IMG/VR virus record: IMGVR_UViG_2974668079_000001
Location: 1 to 64,000 of that record
Strand: one strand, 5' to 3'
From: a virus
Lineage: Duplodnaviria; Caudoviricetes
Length of the DNA: 64,000 bases
Under the pieces are notes generated by a model, which saw only the letters and a program-made list of their open reading frames with translations, did no database searches and was not told the DNA's origin. Positions 55,812 through 63,686 of the stretch are shown one piece after another; the stretch's first letter is position 1, and each line of letters starts with the position of its first letter. A program made the translations under genes and the position numbers.

Positions 55812-56915
55812 ATGGCAGAGACAAGACGTAGACGTACTAAGGCAGCTGAGAAAGAAGAGGCTCCTAAGTCACGTTCACGCCGTACACGTTCCACGGAGGC
55901 TGAGAAGCCTAAAGAACGTGCTAACGCCTACTTTGTATCGACAGAGAAGGGAGTAGAAGGCTTCAGTACCGGGTGTTGTCTGTTTGACCAAGCCCTAGGT
56001 GGTATTGGGTGGGCTACCAAGCGTATCATCAACATAGTAGGCGATAAGTCCACAGGTAAGACCCTCCTCGCTATCGAGGGGATGATCAACTTCCATCGCA
56101 CGTTCATCGACCAAAACCCACGCATTATTTACAAAGAGTGTGAGTCTGCGTTCGATGAGCCATACGCAGAAGCTCTGGGCTTACCACTCGACGACATTGA
56201 GGTAGACGACGACCTTGATACCGTAGAAGACATGTACGAAGACATTGAGCGTATCGTACAAGAAGCAGAGCGGGACCCACGCCCTATCTTGTACATCGTG
56301 GACAGCTTAGATGGTCTTAGTGATAGAGCCGAGCAGGGTCGTAAGATTGACGAAGCCAGCTACGGGCAGGATAAAGCCAAGAAGTTATCAGAGTTCTTCC
56401 GCAAGAAGAAAAAGGTAATGGCTAAGGCTAACATTACTTTACTAATTATCAGCCAGATCCGTGATAATATCAACGCGGCTGCGTTCGGTAAGAAGTCTAA
56501 ACGCTCTGGTGGTAAGGCTTTGGACTTTTACTGTAGTCAAGTTGTGTGGCTAGCCAACTTAGGTAAAGTTACTAAAGCTGTTAAGGGCAAGAAGCGTATC
56601 GTTGGTGTTGACATCCGTGCAGCCATTGAGAAGAACAAGGTGGGCAACCCGTTCCGCACAGCTGACTACCCGATAATTTTTGGTTATGGGGTGGATGACA
56701 TCTACGCCTCTGTAGAGTGGCTACAGTCGAACGTAGGATGGGATGTTCTTGAGGACCTAGGATTCAAGAAGACAACCTACAAGGCTATGTGCGCTAAGAT
56801 CCGTGACAAGGGTGGTCCCGAAGCCAAGGAGATGCGTGAAGCTCTTAATAAGTTAGTAATCCACCACTGGCAGGACATCGAGCTAGACTTGATGCCTAAG
56901 ACTGGTAAGTATTAG
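55812..56915 (+). CDS. recA: RecA/UvsX recombinase with Arg-rich N-terminal extension
   Basis: GDKSTGKT, YIVDSL, IISQIRDNI, SGGKALDFYCS, KNKVGNPFR. Confidence 0.93.
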   Translation: MAETRRRRTKAAEKEEAPKSRSRRTRSTEAEKPKERANAYFVSTEKGVEGFSTGCCLFDQALGGIGWATKRIINIVGDKSTGKTLLAIEGMINFHRTFIDQNPRIIYKECESAFDEPYAEALGLPLDDIEVDDDLDTVEDMYEDIERIVQEAERDPRPILYIVDSLDGLSDRAEQGRKIDEASYGQDKAKKLSEFFRKKKKVMAKANITLLIISQIRDNINAAAFGKKSKRSGGKALDFYCSQVVWLANLGKVTKAVKGKKRIVGVDIRAAIEKNKVGNPFRTADYPIIFGYGVDDIYASVEWLQSNVGWDVLEDLGFKKTTYKAMCAKIRDKGGPEAKEMREALNKLVIHHWQDIELDLMPKTGKY

Positions 56916-56928
56916 TAAAGGAGGCAGT

Positions 56929-57456
56929 ATGCCTGTAATCCAAGCAGCCAGAAAACCCACTACGCTATCCTGCATTCGTTGGGAGGGTGATAACCTACGT
57001 GAAGTACTTGAGTTCACCGGGAAGCACTTTAAGTTTGACAAGTGGTTCGCCAGCTTCGAGGAGTACGAAGCCCATGTACGATCTGAGGGTAACATCTTCA
57101 AGGTATTCACCCGAAACGGTGTTACTGAAGCAGCCGTAGGTGATTACATTATCCGTGGGGTAGAGGGTGAGCACTATCCATGCAAACCAGACATCTTTGA
57201 CGAGATCTACGATACCAGTGGGCGTGTGTTTGTGCCTATGGCAGACGCTAGCACGCAGGAGTTAGCGGCGCGTCTGGAAAAATGCAAGGGGTACGAACCC
57301 TACATGCTTAACTGGATCTGCGTGTCGTACAAAGAGTGTGGTATTTCCCGCATCCCAGTCTACGAGTGCTACCACCCGGACCACACCGTGTTCTACGCAA
57401 GCTCAGAGTTGCAGCAGGCAGTAGACGCATTTAGTAACTACCCCTACCTAGGGTAG
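56929..57456 (+). CDS. Canonical member of the RKKP...GDYII...YPCKPDIF small phage domain family
   Basis: ARKPTTLSCIRWEGDN...AAVGDYIIRGVEGEHYPCKPDIFDEIY. Confidence 0.8.
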   Translation: MPVIQAARKPTTLSCIRWEGDNLREVLEFTGKHFKFDKWFASFEEYEAHVRSEGNIFKVFTRNGVTEAAVGDYIIRGVEGEHYPCKPDIFDEIYDTSGRVFVPMADASTQELAARLEKCKGYEPYMLNWICVSYKECGISRIPVYECYHPDHTVFYASSELQQAVDAFSNYPYLG

Positions 57457-57469
57457 TGCATCGTAACTA

Positions 57470-57490
57470 GGGGGCTTCGGTCCCCTTCTT
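57470..57490 (+). terminator. Possible Rho-independent terminator
   Basis: GGGGGC-TTCG-GTCCCC-TTCTT. Confidence 0.6.
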
Positions 57491-57505
57491 CAATTGGAGA
57501 CCAAT

Positions 57506-58096
57506 ATGATCAACGAAGACCTGTACATGGGGCTAGACTGCTCCCTCAACAACTCAGGCATAGTGGTCTTTGGTAAAACTACTGGATACATTTATGAAAG
57601 CATTAAGCCGAAGTGTAAGGGGTATGAGCGCCTTGCTTATATCCACGATAGTCTTACTAAAATACTCGCTAAATACCCAAACATCAAAGGCGCTAACATC
57701 GAGCGGTATGCCTACAACAAAGGTGGTAATGACAAGTCCAACGCCGGGATGGTATTTAACATCGGTGAAGGCGGTGGAGTCGTGCGACTGGCGTTATTTT
57801 CGGCTGGCATACCTGTCCTGCTCACTAGCCCAAACACTGGGAAGAAGTACGCAACTGGAAAGGGTGTTGGGGGCAAGGAGATAATTCTCAAGGAAGTGTA
57901 CAAACGCTTCGGTGAAGACCTCGACGACGACAACTTAGCCGATGCTTTGGTAATGGCTCGTATAGCTTACCACTGGTTCACAGACGACTACGAAGGACTT
58001 ACTAAGGCTCAGATAGAAGCGGTTAAAGCAGCCTCTCTTGAGCATGAGCCCCCTAAGCCTACTAGCCGTCGTAAACGGAGAGTAAAACGCAAATGA
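57506..58096 (+). CDS. ruvC: RuvC-like Holliday junction resolvase
   Basis: MGLDCSLNNSG, IERYAY, IGEGGGVVR, KKYATGKG, DDNLADA. Confidence 0.88.
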   Translation: MINEDLYMGLDCSLNNSGIVVFGKTTGYIYESIKPKCKGYERLAYIHDSLTKILAKYPNIKGANIERYAYNKGGNDKSNAGMVFNIGEGGGVVRLALFSAGIPVLLTSPNTGKKYATGKGVGGKEIILKEVYKRFGEDLDDDNLADALVMARIAYHWFTDDYEGLTKAQIEAVKAASLEHEPPKPTSRRKRRVKRK

Positions 58097-59082
58097 ATCG
58101 TTTGATTGCTGCGGATACCCACTTCACACCCAAGCCCCTAGACGAGTACCGTTGGGGGCTTTTTGGCTATCTGAAGGACTGGGCTATCAAGTACGACGTT
58201 GACGAGATCTGGATACTGGGAGACCTTACCGATGCTAAGGAAGGTCACTCCGCTGAGTTCGTCAATAGATTAGTAAACCACATCACCGAGCTATCGGAGG
58301 TAGCCCCGGTGTTTATTTTAAGAGGAAACCACGACTATGCTAGGGAACATGTCGCCTTCTTTGAGTTTTTACGTAAGCTGCCTAATGTGTATTGGATTGA
58401 CCGCCCTACTACTGTCTATGGCGTCCGTGCTTTTCCACATAGCAAGAACCCTGCGGAAGATTGGGCAACACTACTCGACGATCTGGACGAGTATGAGTAC
58501 GCGTTTTTCCACCAATGTTTCGTGGGTTCGCGCTCAAGTATGGGGCATATCCTCGACGGAACGGACTTAGACCTTACTAAACTTAAAAAGTGTAAGGTGT
58601 ACGCCGGGGACATCCACCTACCTCAAACCGTCCGTGGGATTGAGTATGTGGGAAGTCCCTACCCGACGACGTACGGGGACCGATTCCTAGGACGCTGCTT
58701 ACTAGAGACACCAGAAGGGCGTACCCAGCTGCACTACCCTACGATCCAGAAATGCACGCTAGTGGTAGAGTCAGTCTCGGAAATTTATGACGCCCATGTG
58801 TATCCGGGAGACCAAGTCAAGATCCGCTACAAGATTAGTAAAAAGGACCGGGCGGAGTGGACAAACATCAAAAACGCCATAAAATCTGCCTGCGATGACT
58901 TGGGAGTGGTGCTGGGTGGAACGGAGCTTGTCACAGACGTGGTCGAAAAGGCTGAGCTGAAGGATTCCACCACTAAGGTGACTAAAACCTCTGAGAAAGC
59001 CATTCTGACGCAATTCGCCCATAAGGAAGATTTGCCAGATGACTACCTTGACGTAGCCCTTACTATTCTGAAGGAGGAGTGA
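58093..59082 (+). CDS. sbcD: SbcD/Mre11 (T4 gp47-like) nuclease subunit
   Basis: ADTH, LGDLTD, RGNHD, FFHQ, AGDIH metallophosphoesterase motifs. Confidence 0.92.
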   Translation: MNRLIAADTHFTPKPLDEYRWGLFGYLKDWAIKYDVDEIWILGDLTDAKEGHSAEFVNRLVNHITELSEVAPVFILRGNHDYAREHVAFFEFLRKLPNVYWIDRPTTVYGVRAFPHSKNPAEDWATLLDDLDEYEYAFFHQCFVGSRSSMGHILDGTDLDLTKLKKCKVYAGDIHLPQTVRGIEYVGSPYPTTYGDRFLGRCLLETPEGRTQLHYPTIQKCTLVVESVSEIYDAHVYPGDQVKIRYKISKKDRAEWTNIKNAIKSACDDLGVVLGGTELVTDVVEKAELKDSTTKVTKTSEKAILTQFAHKEDLPDDYLDVALTILKEE

Positions 59083-60929
59083 TGGACTTTATAGGCATTC
59101 GTGGGGAGAAGTTTAAGAGCTTCGTGGAGCCCTTTGACTTCACCCTAAACAAACCGCCGGGACTGTACTTACTAAAAGGCGATAACGTAGCCGAGCCAAG
59201 CCTAGGTGGTAATGGTGTGGGTAAGTCCACCATTTGGGATGCACTGTTCTGGTGCCTGACCGGGACTACTTTGCGTAAGCTGAAAAACACCGACGTTAAA
59301 CCGTGGGGAACTTCAGGCAGTACATGGGTGGAGGTCATGATCGCACTGGATGAGGATTTACTAACAGTGCGCCGACAAACTAACCCGAACGCCCTAACGC
59401 TAGAGTCTGATATGCACCAGACAGGACCGCAGGACATCTCGACAGAGGAACTACTCCAGTTCTTTAACGTGGACGAGACCCAGCTACTCCACTCGCTGAT
59501 CGTAGGGCAGTTTGGTACGTTCTTCTTCGACATGCTCCCAGCCAAGAAGCAGGAGTTATTCTCCTCGATACTATCGCTGGACGTGTGGCTCACACGTAGT
59601 AAGACAGCCGCACAAATGGTGAAGGTTCTTAAGATTGGTCTACAAGAGGCGGAGCTTGAGTACGGGCGACTGGAGTCGTCACTTGAGATGCTTCGGGCTG
59701 TAGCCTATGACGGAGACTCTGAAGACTGGGAGAAACGCCACGCCGAGGACTTAGCAGAGTGTCAGGATAGAATATCTGATATTACTAAAGAGTTAGAAGG
59801 TATCGACGTGTCAGCCCTTGAGTCTGATCGGGACTGGACGGAGCAGCTGCTGAACGATACTGAGGCTACGATGCGTGAACTGGTCAAAGAGATCGACGCT
59901 ATCAAAGAATACATTCGGGAAGTTGAGAACGATAAGCGCGATGCAGACAACGCTATCGACGACTTGCTAGAGGACTTCGAGGATACTCTTAGTAAAGGCA
60001 CGTGTAATTACTGTGGTCATGAGGTATCTGACAGGGAGCTGGACCGCTTAGAGGCTTCGACTAAGGTTAAGGTGGATGGTTTAGAGGACAAGATAGACGA
60101 GTATAACGACGAGCTTGCTGACCTTAAATCCGACCTAGCGCCTAAGAAGGAGTACCTAGAGGACAGGAAGAGTGAAGCCGCTGGTTTGAGCGATAAGCTT
60201 AGTAAGCTGGATTCTGACATTCGAATGGCTCTCAAGGACCGTAAGAGTTTATCCCGCGACCTTAGCCGTGCAGAAGACGTCTACAAGAAGTTAGAGCGAG
60301 AGACTAACCCTTGGGCTAAGCTGCGTGACTCGAACGAGTCCGATGCTATTGAGATGGGTGCGAAGCTGGTAGACGCTAACGAGACGATTAGTAATCTGAA
60401 CACGGCTATTGAGCGTACCAACTACTGGATCAAGGGCTTTAAAGACGTACGGCTCTTTATGATCGACAACTACCTAGTAGACTTAGAGGTGGAGGTTAAC
60501 AACTCCATTAAGCAGCTAGGTTTAGACGGCTGGCGTATAGAGTTCTCTGTAGACCGTGAAACGCAGCGTGGTACGGTCAAGAAGGGCTTCGAGGTTTACG
60601 TGTACTCTCCTCGAAATACTAAGCCTGTTAAGTGGGAGTGTTGGTCCGGTGGGGAGTCCTCCCGTCTTAAGCTGGCAGGTGAGCTGGGGCTTATGGAGAT
60701 GATCTTCACGGCTACCGGGCAGGAGCCTAATATCGAGGTGTTTGACGAGCCCACTAGCTTTATGTCCCAAGAGGGTATCGAGGACCTGCTGGAACTACTA
60801 AGGGACCGTGCCTTACTAAAACAAAAGTGCATTTACATCATCGACCACCACTCAGTCAGCTTCGGCGGCTTTGAGGGAGTCATTACCATTCAACGCGACA
60901 ACTTAGGAAGTCGCATACTGGAGAAGTAA
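59079..60929 (+). CDS. sbcC: SbcC/Rad50 (T4 gp46-like) ATPase subunit
   Basis: NGVGKST, CNYC zinc hook, WSGGE signature, VFDEPT, IIDH. Confidence 0.93.
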   Translation: MMDFIGIRGEKFKSFVEPFDFTLNKPPGLYLLKGDNVAEPSLGGNGVGKSTIWDALFWCLTGTTLRKLKNTDVKPWGTSGSTWVEVMIALDEDLLTVRRQTNPNALTLESDMHQTGPQDISTEELLQFFNVDETQLLHSLIVGQFGTFFFDMLPAKKQELFSSILSLDVWLTRSKTAAQMVKVLKIGLQEAELEYGRLESSLEMLRAVAYDGDSEDWEKRHAEDLAECQDRISDITKELEGIDVSALESDRDWTEQLLNDTEATMRELVKEIDAIKEYIREVENDKRDADNAIDDLLEDFEDTLSKGTCNYCGHEVSDRELDRLEASTKVKVDGLEDKIDEYNDELADLKSDLAPKKEYLEDRKSEAAGLSDKLSKLDSDIRMALKDRKSLSRDLSRAEDVYKKLERETNPWAKLRDSNESDAIEMGAKLVDANETISNLNTAIERTNYWIKGFKDVRLFMIDNYLVDLEVEVNNSIKQLGLDGWRIEFSVDRETQRGTVKKGFEVYVYSPRNTKPVKWECWSGGESSRLKLAGELGLMEMIFTATGQEPNIEVFDEPTSFMSQEGIEDLLELLRDRALLKQKCIYIIDHHSVSFGGFEGVITIQRDNLGSRILEK

Positions 60930-60930
60930 C

Positions 60931-61548
60931 ATGATTCATTTTACTGTTAGTAAAAACGCAACACTAGCCCACGCTTGGGTTCGCAACGTCCTGTCCGCAG
61001 AGGGACAGATTCCATTCAGCACTATGATGCTTGATGTGGAGTTCAGCTTCCATGCCGAGTCGCTATCAGACTCCGACGATGTAGCCCCGCACGAGTACCT
61101 AGCTGTGTACGCTGGGCAAGTGCTGGAACTGTTTGACGGCGTACACATCCTGTGGGACAAGGACGAGCGTGCTCAAGTGGTAACAGCTGAAATTCACGAG
61201 TACTACGGTGGGGTGCGGTCACTAAGTACACCCTACAACCCAACACTTGAGCACGTGTCCGGTATGATCTACGCGGTAATGCACCGCATCCTCTGTGCGA
61301 GTAACTTTACTAACTCAGAAGACCCGGAGCTGGAGCTTGTTTGCGTAAAAGTGTCGGACCGAGTTACTAACACTACCGTGACCTATGATTCCCTAGCATT
61401 CGAAGGGCGCTTAGCCCTAAACGCTACCACCTTCCGCTGGAGCTCTTCAGTACTGGAAACAGCCGCGCTTGATGTGGTATCTCTGTTTTCTGAGGACGTC
61501 CGTATAGATGTTCCAGTGGCAGAGAAAACGGTAGACAAGTATGAGTAA
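60931..61548 (+). CDS. Degenerate QueD/6-pyruvoyl-tetrahydropterin synthase-fold protein
   Basis: LAH..VRN, FD....LWDKD, YNPTLE and the overall spacing follow long-type QueD, but the catalytic C..HGH and VxET residues are absent. Confidence 0.65.
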   Translation: MIHFTVSKNATLAHAWVRNVLSAEGQIPFSTMMLDVEFSFHAESLSDSDDVAPHEYLAVYAGQVLELFDGVHILWDKDERAQVVTAEIHEYYGGVRSLSTPYNPTLEHVSGMIYAVMHRILCASNFTNSEDPELELVCVKVSDRVTNTTVTYDSLAFEGRLALNATTFRWSSSVLETAALDVVSLFSEDVRIDVPVAEKTVDKYE

Positions 61549-61909
61549 CACGGAATTAGGAATCGGTGATACCGTGGAGGTGATTGTCACTGCCAATCAC
61601 TTCCTAGAGAAATTTTGTAGAGTGGGTCGTATTACTAAGAAGCATGGCTCATTCTACTGGGTAAAGTTCAAGTTTAACTTTAGTAACGACAATAAGCATT
61701 TGCACTGTTACGACCAGATTGACTTCGGACCATTTAGCATCAACCAATTAAAACTGTTGGAGAAAAATACCAATGACACAAGCAGCGAAGAAAGTACTAA
61801 GCCTAACGGACATCATCGGAAAGTTCGCAGGCAGCGTAATCGAGTTGAACCAGAACAAATTTCCCGCAAACCTAGAAAGCGTCGTGCAAGACTTAGCACA
61901 CCACTTTAA
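61541..61909 (+). CDS. Hypothetical protein, KOW/SH3-like N-terminus
   Basis: IGDTVEV...VGRITKK..YWVKF; the C-terminus overlaps the next gene. Confidence 0.55.
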   Translation: MSNTELGIGDTVEVIVTANHFLEKFCRVGRITKKHGSFYWVKFKFNFSNDNKHLHCYDQIDFGPFSINQLKLLEKNTNDTSSEESTKPNGHHRKVRRQRNRVEPEQISRKPRKRRARLSTPL

Positions 61910-62957
61910 GTTCTTCTCACAAAACCTAGGCGGCGTAGATATGGTGGACTACAGCCGTGGTGAGTTTTACGACTTACTACACGAGTACATCATGGCAGAC
62001 GTCCGCTGTGAAGAGTGGAATCGCCCCGACGGTGAAGGGCACTTTATCGACCTAGTTGCACTTGTGCAGAACGTGACTTACGCCCTCTATGGTCCGCTAA
62101 GCGTTGTCCATGAAGTACCACCAGAGAATGATTACTCACGCTTGGATTCATTCGATAGTAAGAAGCAGGTGCGTGCAGCGGTGATCGCATCGTACTCGAT
62201 TGAAGACTGTGAAGTGACTGTCCACGTGGAAGGCGACGACCAGTACCCACTAGAGACAATCAAAGTAACCCACGACTTCTTCGCCCGTGCTGTACCAGTG
62301 GCGGACCAGTCAGTTTTAGTAATCTACGAGAACGGCTATCAGTCGCACAGCCCACTCGATGTATTCAAAGCTGGTCACGTACGTTCATTCGCTATCAAAG
62401 ACCCGGCGTCTACAATGCCTCCGGCAGCGTACATGGACAGCTGTGAGATGACGCTATCGGAACAGTACTTTGAGCCTGACGCTACGATCATTAACTGCAT
62501 GAAAGAGTTCATCGTTAGTGGTAACGTTCTGGATGGGTTCAAGAAGTCTATCTACTACGGCAAAGAAGCCCCGGTAGTTGACTTGATGGAAAAGCTAGAG
62601 CTAACAGACATCGCAGACTGGCGAGCACTAAACCCACACGAGCAGAAGATCCTACATGCCGTTCTGGGTATGGCTACGGAGAGCACCGAGTTAGTCGAGC
62701 AAATCTACGGCTACATGTTCCAAGGTAAGGAACTGGACCTTAAGAACTTGTACGAAGAAGTAGGCGACAACTTATTCTACGTAAGCACTATGCTCAAGTG
62801 CCTAGGTGTTTCTTACGAGCAGGCAATGTACGACAACCACATGAAACGCATGAAGCGTTACGCAGGTGGTAAGTTCTCCCCAGAAGCGGCAATCAACCGC
62901 GATGTGGAAGCGGAGTTGCAACAGCTTACTAAGAGTGGTAATCTAGCTGGGCAGTAA
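61773..62957 (+). CDS. Three-domain protein with C-terminal MazG-like NTP pyrophosphohydrolase
   Basis: LHAVLGMATESTEL...EEVGDNLFY...NHMKRMKRY (MazG); middle VIYENGYQSHSPLDVF domain. Confidence 0.85.
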   Translation: MTQAAKKVLSLTDIIGKFAGSVIELNQNKFPANLESVVQDLAHHFKFFSQNLGGVDMVDYSRGEFYDLLHEYIMADVRCEEWNRPDGEGHFIDLVALVQNVTYALYGPLSVVHEVPPENDYSRLDSFDSKKQVRAAVIASYSIEDCEVTVHVEGDDQYPLETIKVTHDFFARAVPVADQSVLVIYENGYQSHSPLDVFKAGHVRSFAIKDPASTMPPAAYMDSCEMTLSEQYFEPDATIINCMKEFIVSGNVLDGFKKSIYYGKEAPVVDLMEKLELTDIADWRALNPHEQKILHAVLGMATESTELVEQIYGYMFQGKELDLKNLYEEVGDNLFYVSTMLKCLGVSYEQAMYDNHMKRMKRYAGGKFSPEAAINRDVEAELQQLTKSGNLAGQ

Positions 62958-63010
62958 AGTAAATCAGCTTCCATAACTCTATGTAGGTTCCGGGCTTGGA
63001 CCACATGTTT

Positions 63011-63039
63011 GAGGTCTCCGAAAGGGGACCTCTTTTTTT
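63011..63039 (+). terminator. Rho-independent terminator
   Basis: GAGGTCTCC-GAAA-GGGGACCTC-TTTTTT. Confidence 0.85.
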
Positions 63040-63084
63040 ATCTGTAGAATGTAGGTATCCTATCCCCGGTAAATAGCACTTTAG

Positions 63085-63594
63085 TTGACGGGGAGCCCTA
63101 TGTCAGAACAAGCAGAAGAGAAGCCACGCAGACGTCGCCAGCGCAAGCAGATATTGAGCGTTGCCCAGCGTCGTCTCCAGCGCACGTGGAAGCTGGATGA
63201 AGAGACGAAAGAGAAATTCATCGAAGCGATCCTAAAGGGCATGAGCGAAGAGCGTGCCTGTATGTTAGTAAGAATCAACAAGCTGCACTACTTCGAGAAG
63301 AAGAAGAAAGTACACGAGTACTTGAACTCAGGTATTGAGCCTACGGGTGGGGACGACCCACGCAGTAATATCGACGAGTGGGCTATGTTCATTGAAGAGG
63401 TCGAGGCGGCAGTAGCCGAGCATGAGCTAAACCTAATCGACGACGCCTTAGACATTGATTCTGAGTCGAAGAACAAGAACTACTGGGCGCGTAACATGAC
63501 AATCCTTGAACGTCGTAACCGTACAGACTGGGGTCGTCAGGAATCTATCACACACAGCATCGGGCACTACGACCCGGATGACAGATTCCTTTAA
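63085..63594 (+). CDS. Probable terminase small subunit (HTH)
   Basis: KEKFIEAILKGMSEERACMLV HTH, AVAEHE, W..TILERRNRTDWGR pattern seen in TerS-like proteins; true start may be 63100. Confidence 0.55.
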   Translation: MTGSPMSEQAEEKPRRRRQRKQILSVAQRRLQRTWKLDEETKEKFIEAILKGMSEERACMLVRINKLHYFEKKKKVHEYLNSGIEPTGGDDPRSNIDEWAMFIEEVEAAVAEHELNLIDDALDIDSESKNKNYWARNMTILERRNRTDWGRQESITHSIGHYDPDDRFL

Positions 63595-63610
63595 TCTTAG
63601 TAAACAACCT

Positions 63611-63636
63611 AGGGAGCTTCGGCTCCCTTTTCTTTT
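63611..63636 (+). terminator. Rho-independent terminator
   Basis: AGGGAGC-TTCG-GCTCCCT-TTTCTTTT. Confidence 0.8.
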
Positions 63637-63686
63637 GGGCGTCGTATAGGTGATCGTCACCAACAAAGCCTAGGAGGAATGGCATA

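Noticed and set aside
60931-61548. A 7-deazaguanine DNA modification cluster
   Set aside because: Only a degenerate QueD-like gene is visible; no DpdA, FolE, QueE or QueC in the window (they could lie outside it).
35871-63636. Repeated GGGAGCTTCGGCTCCC element (35871, 47108, 63611) as a mobile repeat
   Set aside because: These are ordinary cUUCGg-capped intrinsic terminators after genes.
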